This document shows, one piece after another, positions 19,783 through 29,859 of a DNA stretch of 64,000 nucleotides. Below the pieces are notes generated by a model. The model was not told where the DNA came from. It saw nothing but the letters and a program-made list of their open reading frames with translations, and did not search any database. Source of the stretch: a virus (Duplodnaviria; Heunggongvirae; Uroviricota; Caudoviricetes). Each line of letters begins with the position of its first letter. Within the stretch, counting starts at the first letter, position 1. The position numbers and the translations under genes were made by a program. The stretch covers positions 37,214 through 101,213 of IMG/VR virus record IMGVR_UViG_3300025392_000640; one strand, written 5' to 3'.

Positions 19783-20436
19783 TTATTTATAGTTTTCAAC
19801 AATTTCGTGATGGTCTTTAACGAACAATGATTTTACAGGTCTATTTCTCATTATATGCAACACTTCGCTTAAACCAATTGGATATAACATATTACCATCC
19901 ACACCAACATCCATCATTTTACCTTCTTGTATTCTGATGTTAGAATTGAAGTGAACATGTCCATGCAAATGGATAGCACCTTTAGCCATATTATTCCAAC
20001 TTGCTATTGGAAAGTGCATTAATACAAAGTTAGCTTCACCCATCAATGGAGTTCCAACATTCCACTTTACATTCAATTCAACATATTTGTTTACTGAACT
20101 AAAAAGTGATTGGCAATTATCTCTATTGTTTTCAATGTGATGGTCGTGATTACCAGTTACGATATGTACATTCTTACATATAATTTGGTCTCTAAACTTT
20201 TGTATTTGTTCAAAGCCACCAAACGACCAATCCCCTAAATGAATTAAGATATCATCTTGCTTTACAACTTCATTAATGTTACCAACTAAATGTGAGTTCA
20301 TATACTCTAATGATTTAAACTCCCTAATTGTTGTGGGGTTATTCCATTTTGTTGTTGAACTACAAATGTTAGCATGATTATAATGCGTATCTGATGTGAA
20401 CCATAACTTCTGTCCTTTATTTAATATCAATTTCAT
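19783..20436 (-). CDS. Calcineurin-like metallophosphoesterase (putative 2',3'-phosphatase of repair cassette)
   Basis: DTHYNH, LGDWSFGG, GNHD, HGHVH metallophosphatase motifs. Confidence 0.8.
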   Translation of the reverse strand: MKLILNKGQKLWFTSDTHYNHANICSSTTKWNNPTTIREFKSLEYMNSHLVGNINEVVKQDDILIHLGDWSFGGFEQIQKFRDQIICKNVHIVTGNHDHHIENNRDNCQSLFSSVNKYVELNVKWNVGTPLMGEANFVLMHFPIASWNNMAKGAIHLHGHVHFNSNIRIQEGKMMDVGVDGNMLYPIGLSEVLHIMRNRPVKSLFVKDHHEIVENYK

Positions 20437-21034
20437 TCTCTAAACTTTTAGGGTAATATAATAATGTTGGGTTCTTCTTTTGTAAATCAATTTCAGGAAA
20501 TTGTTCTTCAAATACTTTTGTGTTAAACTTAGTAGTAATCAAATGATAACCATTCTTTGTTGGTAACACTGCTTCAACCTTTGGACCAATAGGTTCAATC
20601 TGTCCTAATGCTCCCATAATCTTAGCCAATTCAAATCCATTGTTAGTATCAATATCAACTATCCAACGCTTCTCATTTGTTTTTAATTGTCCAACAACTG
20701 AATCGAATAAGTTCTTTTGATTATGTTGTCCATCTTTAATTCTTTGTGCTAAAGCCAATAACATATCCAATGATACATCTTTATGCGATTGCTTTTGAAT
20801 ATGAATATAAGCTCTTGCTTTGAATAACTCACACAATTGAATAATCTCATCATATCGTTTTTCCAAATACTCAATACTATCAATAGAATAAGTTTTAATA
20901 GTTCTTACTGATTGATGGTTATCCCTTTCACCTTCGGGCTGGTCCTTCTTTCTTTTAAGGACGTATAACATATAAAAGTCACCATCATCGGTAAAATTTA
21001 ATAATTTTTTAATTTGTGCAATATTGTCAATCAT
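20417..21034 (-). CDS. hypothetical protein
   Basis: 205-aa ORF. Confidence 0.5.
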   Translation of the reverse strand: MIDNIAQIKKLLNFTDDGDFYMLYVLKRKKDQPEGERDNHQSVRTIKTYSIDSIEYLEKRYDEIIQLCELFKARAYIHIQKQSHKDVSLDMLLALAQRIKDGQHNQKNLFDSVVGQLKTNEKRWIVDIDTNNGFELAKIMGALGQIEPIGPKVEAVLPTKNGYHLITTKFNTKVFEEQFPEIDLQKKNPTLLYYPKSLENEIDIK

Positions 21035-21037
21035 ACT

Positions 21038-21421
21038 CTAAGGTATTAAATGTCTAATAATAATTGTTAATGATATACAAATCCATATTGTATTGAAAGC
21101 AATCAATGTAGGTAAGTCCTTTCTCATTGATGCCCAAATTAATAACGAAGATGTAAGTAGTGTTAAGAAATGAAAATACCATAACTCAATACCAAATACT
21201 AAACCAGGAATGATAATGATTGCTTTAGCAAACCATGCAAAAAATTCAATCACATTATAATCTGTCCAATAGTTTTTCACTAAGAACATTTTATATCTTT
21301 TGAATATTTTCTTAACTCCAATTCCTAAATATAAAGCAGTTAGGAATACTGCGTATGTTATTATGTATTTCATTATATATCGTATTCTGTTTCGTAATTT
21401 CCTATTCTGGTTTTTACCCAC
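21038..21421 (-). CDS. multi-pass membrane protein (hypothetical)
   Basis: 127 aa with 3-4 hydrophobic helices. Confidence 0.45.
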   Translation of the reverse strand: MGKNQNRKLRNRIRYIMKYIITYAVFLTALYLGIGVKKIFKRYKMFLVKNYWTDYNVIEFFAWFAKAIIIIPGLVFGIELWYFHFLTLLTSSLLIWASMRKDLPTLIAFNTIWICISLTIIIRHLIP

Positions 21422-21699
21422 TCGGTAAATGAATTAATTGTTTTCATAGTTCCTTTGGCATATATTCCTTTATGTAGTGTATCAATCCAATTAGTACCTT
21501 TACCATTTCCAGCTCTTTTTATTTCATAGGTTTCATTTTCCCAATCTATAATAAATGCTAAAACATAATTGGTATCATCGGGCTGACGGAATACCCACAA
21601 TTCAGGACTTATACCATCCGTTGAAAACTTATATTCATAACCCGATGGGGTTTTGAATCTTTTATCATCTATCTTTCTAAAGTTTTCTGGCTTATTCAT
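21373..21699 (-). CDS. hypothetical protein
   Basis: 108-aa ORF. Confidence 0.45.
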   Translation of the reverse strand: MNKPENFRKIDDKRFKTPSGYEYKFSTDGISPELWVFRQPDDTNYVLAFIIDWENETYEIKRAGNGKGTNWIDTLHKGIYAKGTMKTINSFTEWVKTRIGNYETEYDI

Positions 21700-22855
21700 A
21701 CGAACTGCGGTCTATGTTTATAACAAATGGGAAACGAGGAATACCATCCGGCGTTAAATTAAAATACTTAATCGTTGCTTGCTTACCTATTAGTTTCTTT
21801 TTACTTTTAAGCATCTCAGCCGTTTCTTCCCATGTCCCTTTTACATTTGATTTGAAAGGTTTACCATCTGCTGTTTCAAATACCATATACCCAGCAGTTC
21901 CAGTTCTATTACCCTCACCCTCACAAATATCTTTAATGGTATATTCCTCATCAATGAATGATTTATGTTTCAATAGGGATTTACTTCTCTTATTCTCATA
22001 CTTAGCATCTAATCTTAGTATCTGTCCTTCGTAACCTTCATTCACATACTCACCATATAATTCCATCACCTCATCTTCGTTCTCACAAATTTGAGTTGGA
22101 ACTAATACACAATGCTTTTCAAATGATTCCAACGATTCATCAAACAATTCATCCAATTCAAAACCTCTATGATTAAATGTTTTGTTTGAGCTTGGTAAAT
22201 CATAAATCCAATACTGAATATTCTTTTGTGATTCTAATAAGTCATCTTCGGTTGGTTTAGTTTTCTTCACTAAGGATACAATACTATTGAAATCATTAGC
22301 GAACTTATCAGCATATAACTCACCATCCAATATCAAATCAGGATATGATTCAAACACATCATTCAAACTACGTCTAATATGTGGTGCTGAAATAATTGGT
22401 TTACCATTTCTACTAAACATACCGTCCTTAGTTACGATACAACGAATACCATCTAATTTAGGTTGTGAAAATATTGGGTATTCAATTTTATCTTTATAGT
22501 CTTCCCACTTTGCTGCTAACATTGGTTCAAAGTATTGTTTCTCATCAATGTTATGAATACTCTCAAAGTAGCCACTCTCTAACTTTTTAGTTCTCTTAGC
22601 GATTGCTTCTTTAAGAGCCTGTTCGTTATCAGTAGTACCATTTGCTTTACCACTATTCTTACCGTATACTACAGTCCATGCATTTGTAGTAATCTGGCCA
22701 CCAACTTGTCCACTATGAGTTCGGTATCTATTATCCGATACTTCGATTGTCCACTCTTGGGTTGCCCCTGTCTTTGTTTTTTTGTAAATTGTTTCTAACT
22801 TCATATCTTTATTTTTTAACATTTTTCTAATAATTCTAAACATTCGTTCATCCAT
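21692..22855 (-). CDS. ATP-dependent DNA ligase
   Basis: Motif I KLDGIRC, motif III ILDGELY, motif IV EGQILR, motif V LLKHK. Confidence 0.8.
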   Translation of the reverse strand: MDERMFRIIRKMLKNKDMKLETIYKKTKTGATQEWTIEVSDNRYRTHSGQVGGQITTNAWTVVYGKNSGKANGTTDNEQALKEAIAKRTKKLESGYFESIHNIDEKQYFEPMLAAKWEDYKDKIEYPIFSQPKLDGIRCIVTKDGMFSRNGKPIISAPHIRRSLNDVFESYPDLILDGELYADKFANDFNSIVSLVKKTKPTEDDLLESQKNIQYWIYDLPSSNKTFNHRGFELDELFDESLESFEKHCVLVPTQICENEDEVMELYGEYVNEGYEGQILRLDAKYENKRSKSLLKHKSFIDEEYTIKDICEGEGNRTGTAGYMVFETADGKPFKSNVKGTWEETAEMLKSKKKLIGKQATIKYFNLTPDGIPRFPFVINIDRSSYE

Positions 22856-23124
22856 AATGCTGTGCTTGAAGCGCTAGTCAAATTGGGATAAGAAACAGTA
22901 ACACTGGTAAGTTGTCTCCAACCCATAACAAACATTTCATATCTACCATTTTTTTGTTCTCTAGTTAAGTAAACTTCAACTTTCTTACCTTTGTAATCAT
23001 CTTTGAATACAAATACATAATGATATCCAGATACTATCATATTGTTATGTTGTCTAAATCCAACTATTCTATTACCATTACACATCATTCCAATTATCAC
23101 ACCTATATTATCTATTTTTAACAT
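22816..23124 (-). CDS. hypothetical protein, distant member of MLTI(K/E)NI family
   Basis: N-terminus MLKIDNIGVIIG resembles the paralog-array N-terminus. Confidence 0.4.
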   Translation of the reverse strand: MLKIDNIGVIIGMMCNGNRIVGFRQHNNMIVSGYHYVFVFKDDYKGKKVEVYLTREQKNGRYEMFVMGWRQLTSVTVSYPNLTSASSTALWMNECLELLEKC

Positions 23125-23129
23125 ATTAA

Positions 23130-23480
23130 TTATTTTAATGCCTGATTAACTAAGGTTACTACATAGGTTTTAAAAAATTCAATATTCTTAAAGTGAACTG
23201 AACTCACGTACTTATCCATAAACACAGATGATTGATGACCTCTTTTATATACAGCTGCTATGTTATGCTGGTTCTTATGGTCAGCGAATATAGCTATTTG
23301 GTAAGTATTTTTGAAATAATTGCTATACATATCCAACGAATGTATTTCAAAATAATATAACAATTCAACATCACCATTTGTTTTAATTATATTAGCTTTC
23401 TCAATTGTATATATCCTACCATCCGAAGGATATATTGTTTCACCATATACTTTATCAAAATTTTGTATTTCTTTTATCAT
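23130..23480 (-). CDS. hypothetical protein
   Basis: 116-aa ORF. Confidence 0.45.
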   Translation of the reverse strand: MIKEIQNFDKVYGETIYPSDGRIYTIEKANIIKTNGDVELLYYFEIHSLDMYSNYFKNTYQIAIFADHKNQHNIAAVYKRGHQSSVFMDKYVSSVHFKNIEFFKTYVVTLVNQALK

Positions 23481-23483
23481 AAC

Positions 23484-23861
23484 TTAGTTTTTTATAACTG
23501 GAAAACATTTAGTATATTGTGATGCCAAACCTCTAGCTGCCGTAGCGAACCTACCATAACTTTGTACTGAACTGGAATGTGTACCAATACTATCCCAACT
23601 ACTTTCCCATTTATCAGGCAAAACACCATCTCTAATTTTAATACTACAAATTGCTGTTGGACTAAAACTAATTACATCTTTACGATTCACCTTACGGAAA
23701 ATGTTTTTACGATTTTCTCTATCAACTTCTATAAAGGTAATTGAACGAGCTTTAACACTACATACTTTTAATTCTTTAGCGTTATGCTTACCATTTTTAG
23801 ATACATTAACCTCAACAATTAAACCTCTACAAAACGATTCCGGTAATTGAACTGCTTTCAT
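23484..23861 (-). CDS. hypothetical protein
   Basis: 125-aa ORF. Confidence 0.45.
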   Translation of the reverse strand: MKAVQLPESFCRGLIVEVNVSKNGKHNAKELKVCSVKARSITFIEVDRENRKNIFRKVNRKDVISFSPTAICSIKIRDGVLPDKWESSWDSIGTHSSSVQSYGRFATAARGLASQYTKCFPVIKN

Positions 23862-23884
23862 ATTTTTTAACTTTTATTACATAG

Positions 23885-23917
23885 TAAAGATACGAAAAAC
23901 ACCCGAAACTACCAAAT
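23885..23917 (-). promoter_or_regulatory. Bacteroidetes-type promoter for 23484..23861
   Basis: taaagatacgaaaaacacccgaaactaccaaat; palindromic elements follow at 23938 and 23974. Confidence 0.55.
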
Positions 23918-24003
23918 GTTTTTTTGGTTGTAACGGGTTGATTTTCAACGAGTTATGAGGCTTTTATAAGTGACTGATTATCAATGAGTTATAGCCATTG
24001 ATT

Positions 24004-24969
24004 CTATTGAATTGTATTACGGATTCTTGCTTTATACTGAACAAATGATGATTTTATTTCATCTGTTACACCATTATTAAAGTTATTATCACAATCTAAT
24101 ATTTCAATTACCTGCGAGCGAAATCCCGAAGGTCTTATTTCATCTATCTTATCTCTAATTCTAAAGTTTTCATTCCATATATTTGTACCATCCACTAATC
24201 TACCATTATCAGTAATACGACCGGTATCATGCTCTCTAACATAAGTAAGTATTTTTTTGATTGATGAATGTCTTAATCCCAAATAATCCAAACTTCCAAA
24301 AAATTCCAAATCATCAATGTACTTAGATGTCATTGTAATTTTATCTTTAACTCTCTTAACAGAAGATGTTCTCATTATATATGGATGATATATACACATT
24401 ATGTTTGATTTAGCACAATGTACTAATGATGTCCAATCATGCGGAGTCTTATAAAAATTATCAGTCCAACTCCAAGGGTCTTTCCAAGGATGATTATTGG
24501 GTATTGTATATCCAGTCCATTCGCTTGTAGTTCTACCAGCTTCGTATGGATGCTGAGCTTGGAATATTCTTTTTATTTCATTTTGCTCTCCAAATATTGC
24601 AGCTGAACCATAACTAAATTCCAAATCAGGATTTTTTGTATATAGTGTTGATACAAATTCCAATGCATCTTCTGCTAAAATATCATCATCATCCAATCGT
24701 ATCATCACATCACCTTTCGATAAGTCTGGAGCATATAACCAACTATTTTGAAACATCTCATAGGGCGTTTCAGTTGTAATATACATTACTCTCTTATCTT
24801 TATTTCTTTCCTTAAAGGTTTTATAAATATAAAAATTCTTATTAGAAGCACTATCATCAAATATTAATACTTCCCAATTAGTATGGGTTTGTAATTGAAT
24901 TGATGCCAATGCTTCTTTTAAGAAATCAGGTCTATCGTATGTTCGTACTACTACTGTTACTTTCATCAA
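24004..24969 (-). CDS. Family 2 glycosyltransferase
   Basis: VTVVVRTYDRPDFLKEALASIQLQT...VLIFDDSAS and DDDDIL (GT-A fold DxD). Confidence 0.7.
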   Translation of the reverse strand: MMKVTVVVRTYDRPDFLKEALASIQLQTHTNWEVLIFDDSASNKNFYIYKTFKERNKDKRVMYITTETPYEMFQNSWLYAPDLSKGDVMIRLDDDDILAEDALEFVSTLYTKNPDLEFSYGSAAIFGEQNEIKRIFQAQHPYEAGRTTSEWTGYTIPNNHPWKDPWSWTDNFYKTPHDWTSLVHCAKSNIMCIYHPYIMRTSSVKRVKDKITMTSKYIDDLEFFGSLDYLGLRHSSIKKILTYVREHDTGRITDNGRLVDGTNIWNENFRIRDKIDEIRPSGFRSQVIEILDCDNNFNNGVTDEIKSSFVQYKARIRNTIQ

Positions 24970-25266
24970 TTATTCTTTAATCCAAAACTGCCACCATCTT
25001 TTTGCTGGAGCTGGTACACATTGTGAAAATGGGTTATCACCATAAGATACCGTTGATAGGTATTTTGCAGATAACATATTTAAAAATACTTCGTGGTATT
25101 CCGCTGGTATTGTATCAAAGTCTGCTTCAATTTTAATACTTAATTGATGTGCTCCACCATTAGGTACTACCAATGTTAATGTTTGATTTAATGTAACCAA
25201 CTGCGAGCTTTTCATATTTAAGTTGTTCCCACCACCTAAATACAATTCAGTTTCTTTCTTTGCCAT
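24970..25266 (-). CDS. hypothetical protein
   Basis: 98-aa ORF. Confidence 0.45.
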   Translation of the reverse strand: MAKKETELYLGGGNNLNMKSSQLVTLNQTLTLVVPNGGAHQLSIKIEADFDTIPAEYHEVFLNMLSAKYLSTVSYGDNPFSQCVPAPAKRWWQFWIKE

Positions 25267-25269
25267 AAC

Positions 25270-25734
25270 TTATTTTTTGTATCGTTTTTCTAATCTATCG
25301 TATGCTATTGCAGTTTCGTATGTGTGTGGTATATTAACAGCAGAACAACTCATAGGTTTACCACAATTTTTGTAGTAGTTATTAATATAACCCATCATAT
25401 TAGCTGCTCCAATTGGATTAGCTGAATGTACATAGACTTGTGGTAACTCAATACCCTTATCAATACTTTCATTAACCAACCACTTAGCGCAATCATACCC
25501 AGTTTTTTCACTAATGTTATCATAATCAATTTTATAATTATCTTTAACATTATTAAAATACTCACGCATAGCAGTATCACCTAAATCGTGGTCTAATGAA
25601 ATCACTTCGTAATTTTCTAAACCATTCAATCGGATATGCGATACAAATTCATCATAGTTTTTAACTAACTTCCACCTATCATCATTTGGTATTCTCACAT
25701 CATCCAAATACAACCACAATTTTTTGTTCTCCAT
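25270..25734 (-). CDS. hypothetical protein
   Basis: 154-aa ORF. Confidence 0.5.
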   Translation of the reverse strand: MENKKLWLYLDDVRIPNDDRWKLVKNYDEFVSHIRLNGLENYEVISLDHDLGDTAMREYFNNVKDNYKIDYDNISEKTGYDCAKWLVNESIDKGIELPQVYVHSANPIGAANMMGYINNYYKNCGKPMSCSAVNIPHTYETAIAYDRLEKRYKK

Positions 25735-26525
25735 TATATAAAATTTAATTCTCTAGTTTCAAAATCATAATCAAAGGTTATTGGATTATTAACAGCCTCA
25801 TATCTTAAGTTACAGCTACTACCATTAAAGGTATAGATATCACCCCATTCATCTTTATAAGGTATAGTTCCGTATCCGTATCCTTCGTGGATATGGCCTC
25901 CAAAATGTAAGTGAGGTTTTACTTCATGCAATCTATGATACAAATCTTGACAACCTACATTTTGATTTGTATTTTGTGCTCTATCATTGTAACCATAAAT
26001 CGGAGTATGTGTGATAACGATATCAGTATCCATTGGTATTTTATTCCAACATTCTGCTATATCATGTCCTCTATCTTTATTGTAAGCCCAACCACGACCG
26101 AATGATGGTGAATAGGGCGAACCCCATATCTTTATGTTATCAAACTCAATAGTACTATTCTCTAAATAAAATGTATTGTTATCCAATCCACTTAACATAT
26201 CAGTCAACCATTGTGGTCTACCTTCTGCTAAATCTAATGGGTCATACATCCTACCGTCAAAGTGTGCCAACTTATCAGCTAACATTGTTTCACTTTGAAA
26301 ACTAATGTCGTGATTTCCAGCTATGAATATTTTGTATTGATAATCCTGCTTACTGAACCATTTTATAAATTGCTCTATCTCATGCTTCCTACCCAAAGAT
26401 GAAATATCGCCACTATGGATTAATATATCTCCACCTGGCAATTTACCATTAAGCTGATTGTGTTTATTGTGGGTATCACTTATACCCGTAATCCTAAATT
26501 TCATAACCTTTATTAATTCATTCAC
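25734..26525 (-). CDS. Calcineurin-like metallophosphoesterase
   Basis: GISDTHNKH, IHSGDIS, AGNHD, GGHIHEGYG motifs. Confidence 0.8.
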   Translation of the reverse strand: MNELIKVMKFRITGISDTHNKHNQLNGKLPGGDILIHSGDISSLGRKHEIEQFIKWFSKQDYQYKIFIAGNHDISFQSETMLADKLAHFDGRMYDPLDLAEGRPQWLTDMLSGLDNNTFYLENSTIEFDNIKIWGSPYSPSFGRGWAYNKDRGHDIAECWNKIPMDTDIVITHTPIYGYNDRAQNTNQNVGCQDLYHRLHEVKPHLHFGGHIHEGYGYGTIPYKDEWGDIYTFNGSSCNLRYEAVNNPITFDYDFETRELNFI

Positions 26526-26575
26526 AAATATACGAAAAAACTACGAAAGTACCAAATTAAAGTCTTTCGTAGTTC
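26524..26575 (-). promoter_or_regulatory. Promoter for 25734..26525 overlapping a hairpin terminator
   Basis: acaaatatacgaaaaaactacgaaagtaccaaat; inverted repeat aactacgaaag/ctttcgtagtt followed by a minus-strand T-run. Confidence 0.5.
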
Positions 26576-26699
26576 TCTCCGTATTTATTTTTCATATATT
26601 CGTAATAGCGATGTAGCTTATTACCATTGTAAAGAAAGTATGCGATATGAATATCAAACCACTTCTCTAATTTTACTATAACCTTTTTCATATATTTTT

Positions 26700-26954
26700 T
26701 TAAAAGAATAATGTCACTAAGTTATTATCATCAATCCCAATATTAATTTGATGTCCTAAGTTTAGGATTCTTTGAATAGGTTCTTGGTCTAAATCATTAT
26801 CATTTAAAGTTACACCGTAACTTGCGTTAGATTCACTTACAGTTGTAATTTGAGAAAATGGAAATGTACCATTAGTATCTAATCTTTGTAAGACATAATT
26901 ATGTGGTTCACCTTCTAAACCAGCATTTACAATTTGTGCTAAAATTTGCTCCAT
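26700..26954 (-). CDS. hypothetical protein
   Basis: 84-aa ORF. Confidence 0.4.
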   Translation of the reverse strand: MEQILAQIVNAGLEGEPHNYVLQRLDTNGTFPFSQITTVSESNASYGVTLNDNDLDQEPIQRILNLGHQINIGIDDNNLVTLFF

Positions 26955-26977
26955 AAAATATTGTTTTTAAATAAGTA

Positions 26978-27337
26978 TTAGTTTAGACAAATTCCTTTCA
27001 AAATTTCATCAGCCTCAGCTATCCTTTGCTTCTTCTCTTTAAGTTTATCAACCATACTCTTAGCTACCAATACTTGCTCCAATAAATGTGTTCTAAAATC
27101 GGTGATACCTTTTTTAGCTTCCACTTCCTCACAAAAGTTATCAATTGATTGATTTATTAAGTCAACCAAATGATTATCTTCTGGATTCATACAACTATCT
27201 AACATATTTAATAAAGATGCTGATATAGCTGCTTTTGTTTGATGCTCTACATTAGGAGATTCTAACACATTACAAAGTATTACTAACATAGTAAATCTTT
27301 GTGCATTTAAGTTTTGTATTTTACTTTCGGAACTCAT
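26978..27337 (-). CDS. hypothetical protein
   Basis: 119-aa ORF. Confidence 0.45.
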   Translation of the reverse strand: MSSESKIQNLNAQRFTMLVILCNVLESPNVEHQTKAAISASLLNMLDSCMNPEDNHLVDLINQSIDNFCEEVEAKKGITDFRTHLLEQVLVAKSMVDKLKEKKQRIAEADEILKGICLN

Positions 27338-27338
27338 A

Positions 27339-27542
27339 TTACTTTTGTTTAGGAATTAATAATGATAAAAATGCAATTAAATAAAACTTAGGTACTTCAA
27401 ATTGAGCTCTAACAAATAGATACAATTGAAATCCAGTTTCATATACTTCATCGTTACCTGCTTTCTTCATATTACTATTGACTGTATATACTATTGGAAA
27501 ACTTAATAGTAACCACAACCCTATAAATGTTAATATACTCAT
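27339..27542 (-). CDS. small membrane protein
   Basis: 67 aa with two hydrophobic helices. Confidence 0.4.
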   Translation of the reverse strand: MSILTFIGLWLLLSFPIVYTVNSNMKKAGNDEVYETGFQLYLFVRAQFEVPKFYLIAFLSLLIPKQK

Positions 27543-27557
27543 GTTTATAAATATTGT

Positions 27558-28013
27558 TTACCAAGATGAATTGTAATAAAATCCTTCACCATCATCTTCC
27601 AATGCTTCCTCTAATATTTTAATAGTGTTTTTGATTTGTTCAAAATACCACTCATCATAACCAACACTACCAAAAAAGAAACCACTTGCAGATGGCAATA
27701 AATCCTCAGCCAATGAATTATCCGCATCCACTTTCTTACAAAGTTCTAACAATTCTTTTAACTTATCACCACTAACCCAATAATCACCACAATCATCCTC
27801 ACCATTTTGAACATTGTCTACGAACCAACGATGAATTTGATTAGCCTTTCTCCAATATCCAACTTCTTCTTCGATATACTTTACTCTACTAGCTTTAATA
27901 TTCTCAACAGGCTTTCCACCCTTAGTAATTACTACTTCGGTCCTTTCTTCGGGTTTCATAAAATCCCAATTTTTAACATAGGTTTTCTTACTTAAATACA
28001 TGTCTAATCCCAT
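27558..28013 (-). CDS. hypothetical protein
   Basis: 151-aa ORF. Confidence 0.45.
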   Translation of the reverse strand: MGLDMYLSKKTYVKNWDFMKPEERTEVVITKGGKPVENIKASRVKYIEEEVGYWRKANQIHRWFVDNVQNGEDDCGDYWVSGDKLKELLELCKKVDADNSLAEDLLPSASGFFFGSVGYDEWYFEQIKNTIKILEEALEDDGEGFYYNSSW

Positions 28014-28326
28014 AACTTTAATTTTTATTTTTGTTTATAATTTATTTATCTTTTAATCTTTTGAATACAGCGATAATTTCCGGCTTCTCTAATTTTTTTA
28101 AGAAAGCTTTCAATTTATCATCTAATAATTTTTTTTGTTTTTTAGTCATAACTTAAATTTTAAAGTTCTTCAATTACACCGAAACATTCGGCGATGAAAA
28201 ACAAACATCCACCAATGAATACACTATTGTACATTAATGCTGCACAACCAAACATTCTAATACCTGATTTCAATACACTTATTCTAAAGTGTTTCTTTGA
28301 ATTACTTTCTTTCATTTCCATAATTT

Positions 28327-28668
28327 TTACTTTTTATTTTTTATTTCTATAATATGTTTACAATCACGCCCTCTACCAAAACCATGCGCCGGACAACTAC
28401 AAGTCCACACACCATCATCATTAACTACTTTGTATGAATTACCTTTACTACCTTTCACTTTATACTCTACCTTAGTATTAGTTTTAGCTTCCCAAGGTTT
28501 AGGCATACCATACTCAATTCTATCCCACATACTTTCCAACTCAGTCCATCCATAATATCTATCAACCTCAACCCAACCACTACTATCTTTACCAGTACAC
28601 ACAATCCACTTTTTGCCTGTAATTGGTGATTCAAAACAAAGTGGTGGTAAATGCGATTTTATTCTCAT
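28327..28668 (-). CDS. SWIM-type zinc-finger protein
   Basis: C-terminal WTCSCPAHGFGRGRDCKHI (CxC...CxH). Confidence 0.5.
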   Translation of the reverse strand: MRIKSHLPPLCFESPITGKKWIVCTGKDSSGWVEVDRYYGWTELESMWDRIEYGMPKPWEAKTNTKVEYKVKGSKGNSYKVVNDDGVWTCSCPAHGFGRGRDCKHIIEIKNKK

Positions 28669-28672
28669 TGTA

Positions 28673-28888
28673 TTATCTATATAAAGTTACAAAATGTCCG
28701 AAGTGTTTATCGAACGTGTTTACTAAATGCTCATAATCACCAGCCATCATTTCGGTTTGAATAGCTTTACCATCCAATCCTAATTGTTTAGCTAAATTAC
28801 TAGCCGTACCAATCAATACGAAAGCGTTACCATCAGGTCCCGTCAAATCAATTGAAATTCCTAAACTTTTTTTTTTACTTTTTATCAT
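28673..28888 (-). CDS. hypothetical protein
   Basis: 71-aa ORF. Confidence 0.4.
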   Translation of the reverse strand: MIKSKKKSLGISIDLTGPDGNAFVLIGTASNLAKQLGLDGKAIQTEMMAGDYEHLVNTFDKHFGHFVTLYR

Positions 28889-28900
28889 AACTTAGTTTTA

Positions 28901-29251
28901 TTATTTAATGTAAGAAGGTCCATAAACACCATATTGTGCAGTACCATCCATAATGTTACCTCTAGCGTGCTTAGCCGGAGCTTTCCACGTTGCGGCTTTT
29001 AACAAGTCACCTTTCTTAATAGGTTCACCTTTTAATACATCATCCACTCTACTAATAAAACCCCAACAACTACTACCATGCCAAATACGGATAAATTTAT
29101 TACCAATCTCAACCACCACCGGCTGATATTGATTCGGCATATTTGCTTTCTCATAATAGGCTTTACGCTCACTATCTAATTTCTCAATAAATTTAGCTAC
29201 AATAGGGTTACTTTCTAAGTACTTAATAGCTTTTACATCGGTTGTTCTCAT
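28901..29251 (-). CDS. hypothetical protein
   Basis: 116-aa ORF. Confidence 0.45.
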   Translation of the reverse strand: MRTTDVKAIKYLESNPIVAKFIEKLDSERKAYYEKANMPNQYQPVVVEIGNKFIRIWHGSSCWGFISRVDDVLKGEPIKKGDLLKAATWKAPAKHARGNIMDGTAQYGVYGPSYIK

Positions 29252-29275
29252 AATTCTTAATTTTTATTATACCCA

Positions 29276-29306
29276 AAACTACAACTATTACTTGAAACTA
29301 CCAAAT
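29276..29306 (-). promoter_or_regulatory. Variant Bacteroidetes-type promoter for 28901..29251, with the upstream palindromic element at 29337-29395
   Basis: aaaactacaactattacttgaaactaccaaat; then aaaattctttattgattatcaacacgttagccgg. Confidence 0.5.
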
Positions 29307-29495
29307 TTTAAGGTAAAAATCTTTAAAAATTCTTTATTGATTATCAACACGTTAGCCGGATGTCCCAAAAACCCCACGTAACTCGTTGATAATCAATTTA
29401 ATACATATTAGCCACTTTTTAGCCCTTTTTAGGGGGGTCTAATGGGTTTTAAGGTCAATACCTAACCCAACCCGAAAGGACTTAAAAAAAGGGGT

Positions 29496-29858
29496 CTATT
29501 CGAACCCCTTTCTATCATTCCAAACTTCATTTAGTTTATCCAATATTAGCTTATTATAACCTTCCAATCCAAAATACCCTAACACATATAAAATATCGTT
29601 ATCTGTATATTTTAATTGTAAACTATCATTTATATTTTCGATATCCAATTCCTCTACAAATTCACTAAATTCTTTTGATTTATAATAATCTTCTACCAGC
29701 TTTTCGATATCCTCAATTTCAGCTTCGGTTGGTATATAGTTTTCATCCTCACCATACTTTGCCATTAGCTCAGTATATTCAAATGGGGATATACCAAACA
29801 TATCTTCCATTTCCTGTTCCGATAAATTGTTCAATAGTTTTTCTTTTATCTTACTCAT
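29496..29858 (-). CDS. acidic hypothetical protein
   Basis: 120-aa E/D-rich ORF. Confidence 0.45.
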   Translation of the reverse strand: MSKIKEKLLNNLSEQEMEDMFGISPFEYTELMAKYGEDENYIPTEAEIEDIEKLVEDYYKSKEFSEFVEELDIENINDSLQLKYTDNDILYVLGYFGLEGYNKLILDKLNEVWNDRKGFE

Positions 29859-29859
29859 A

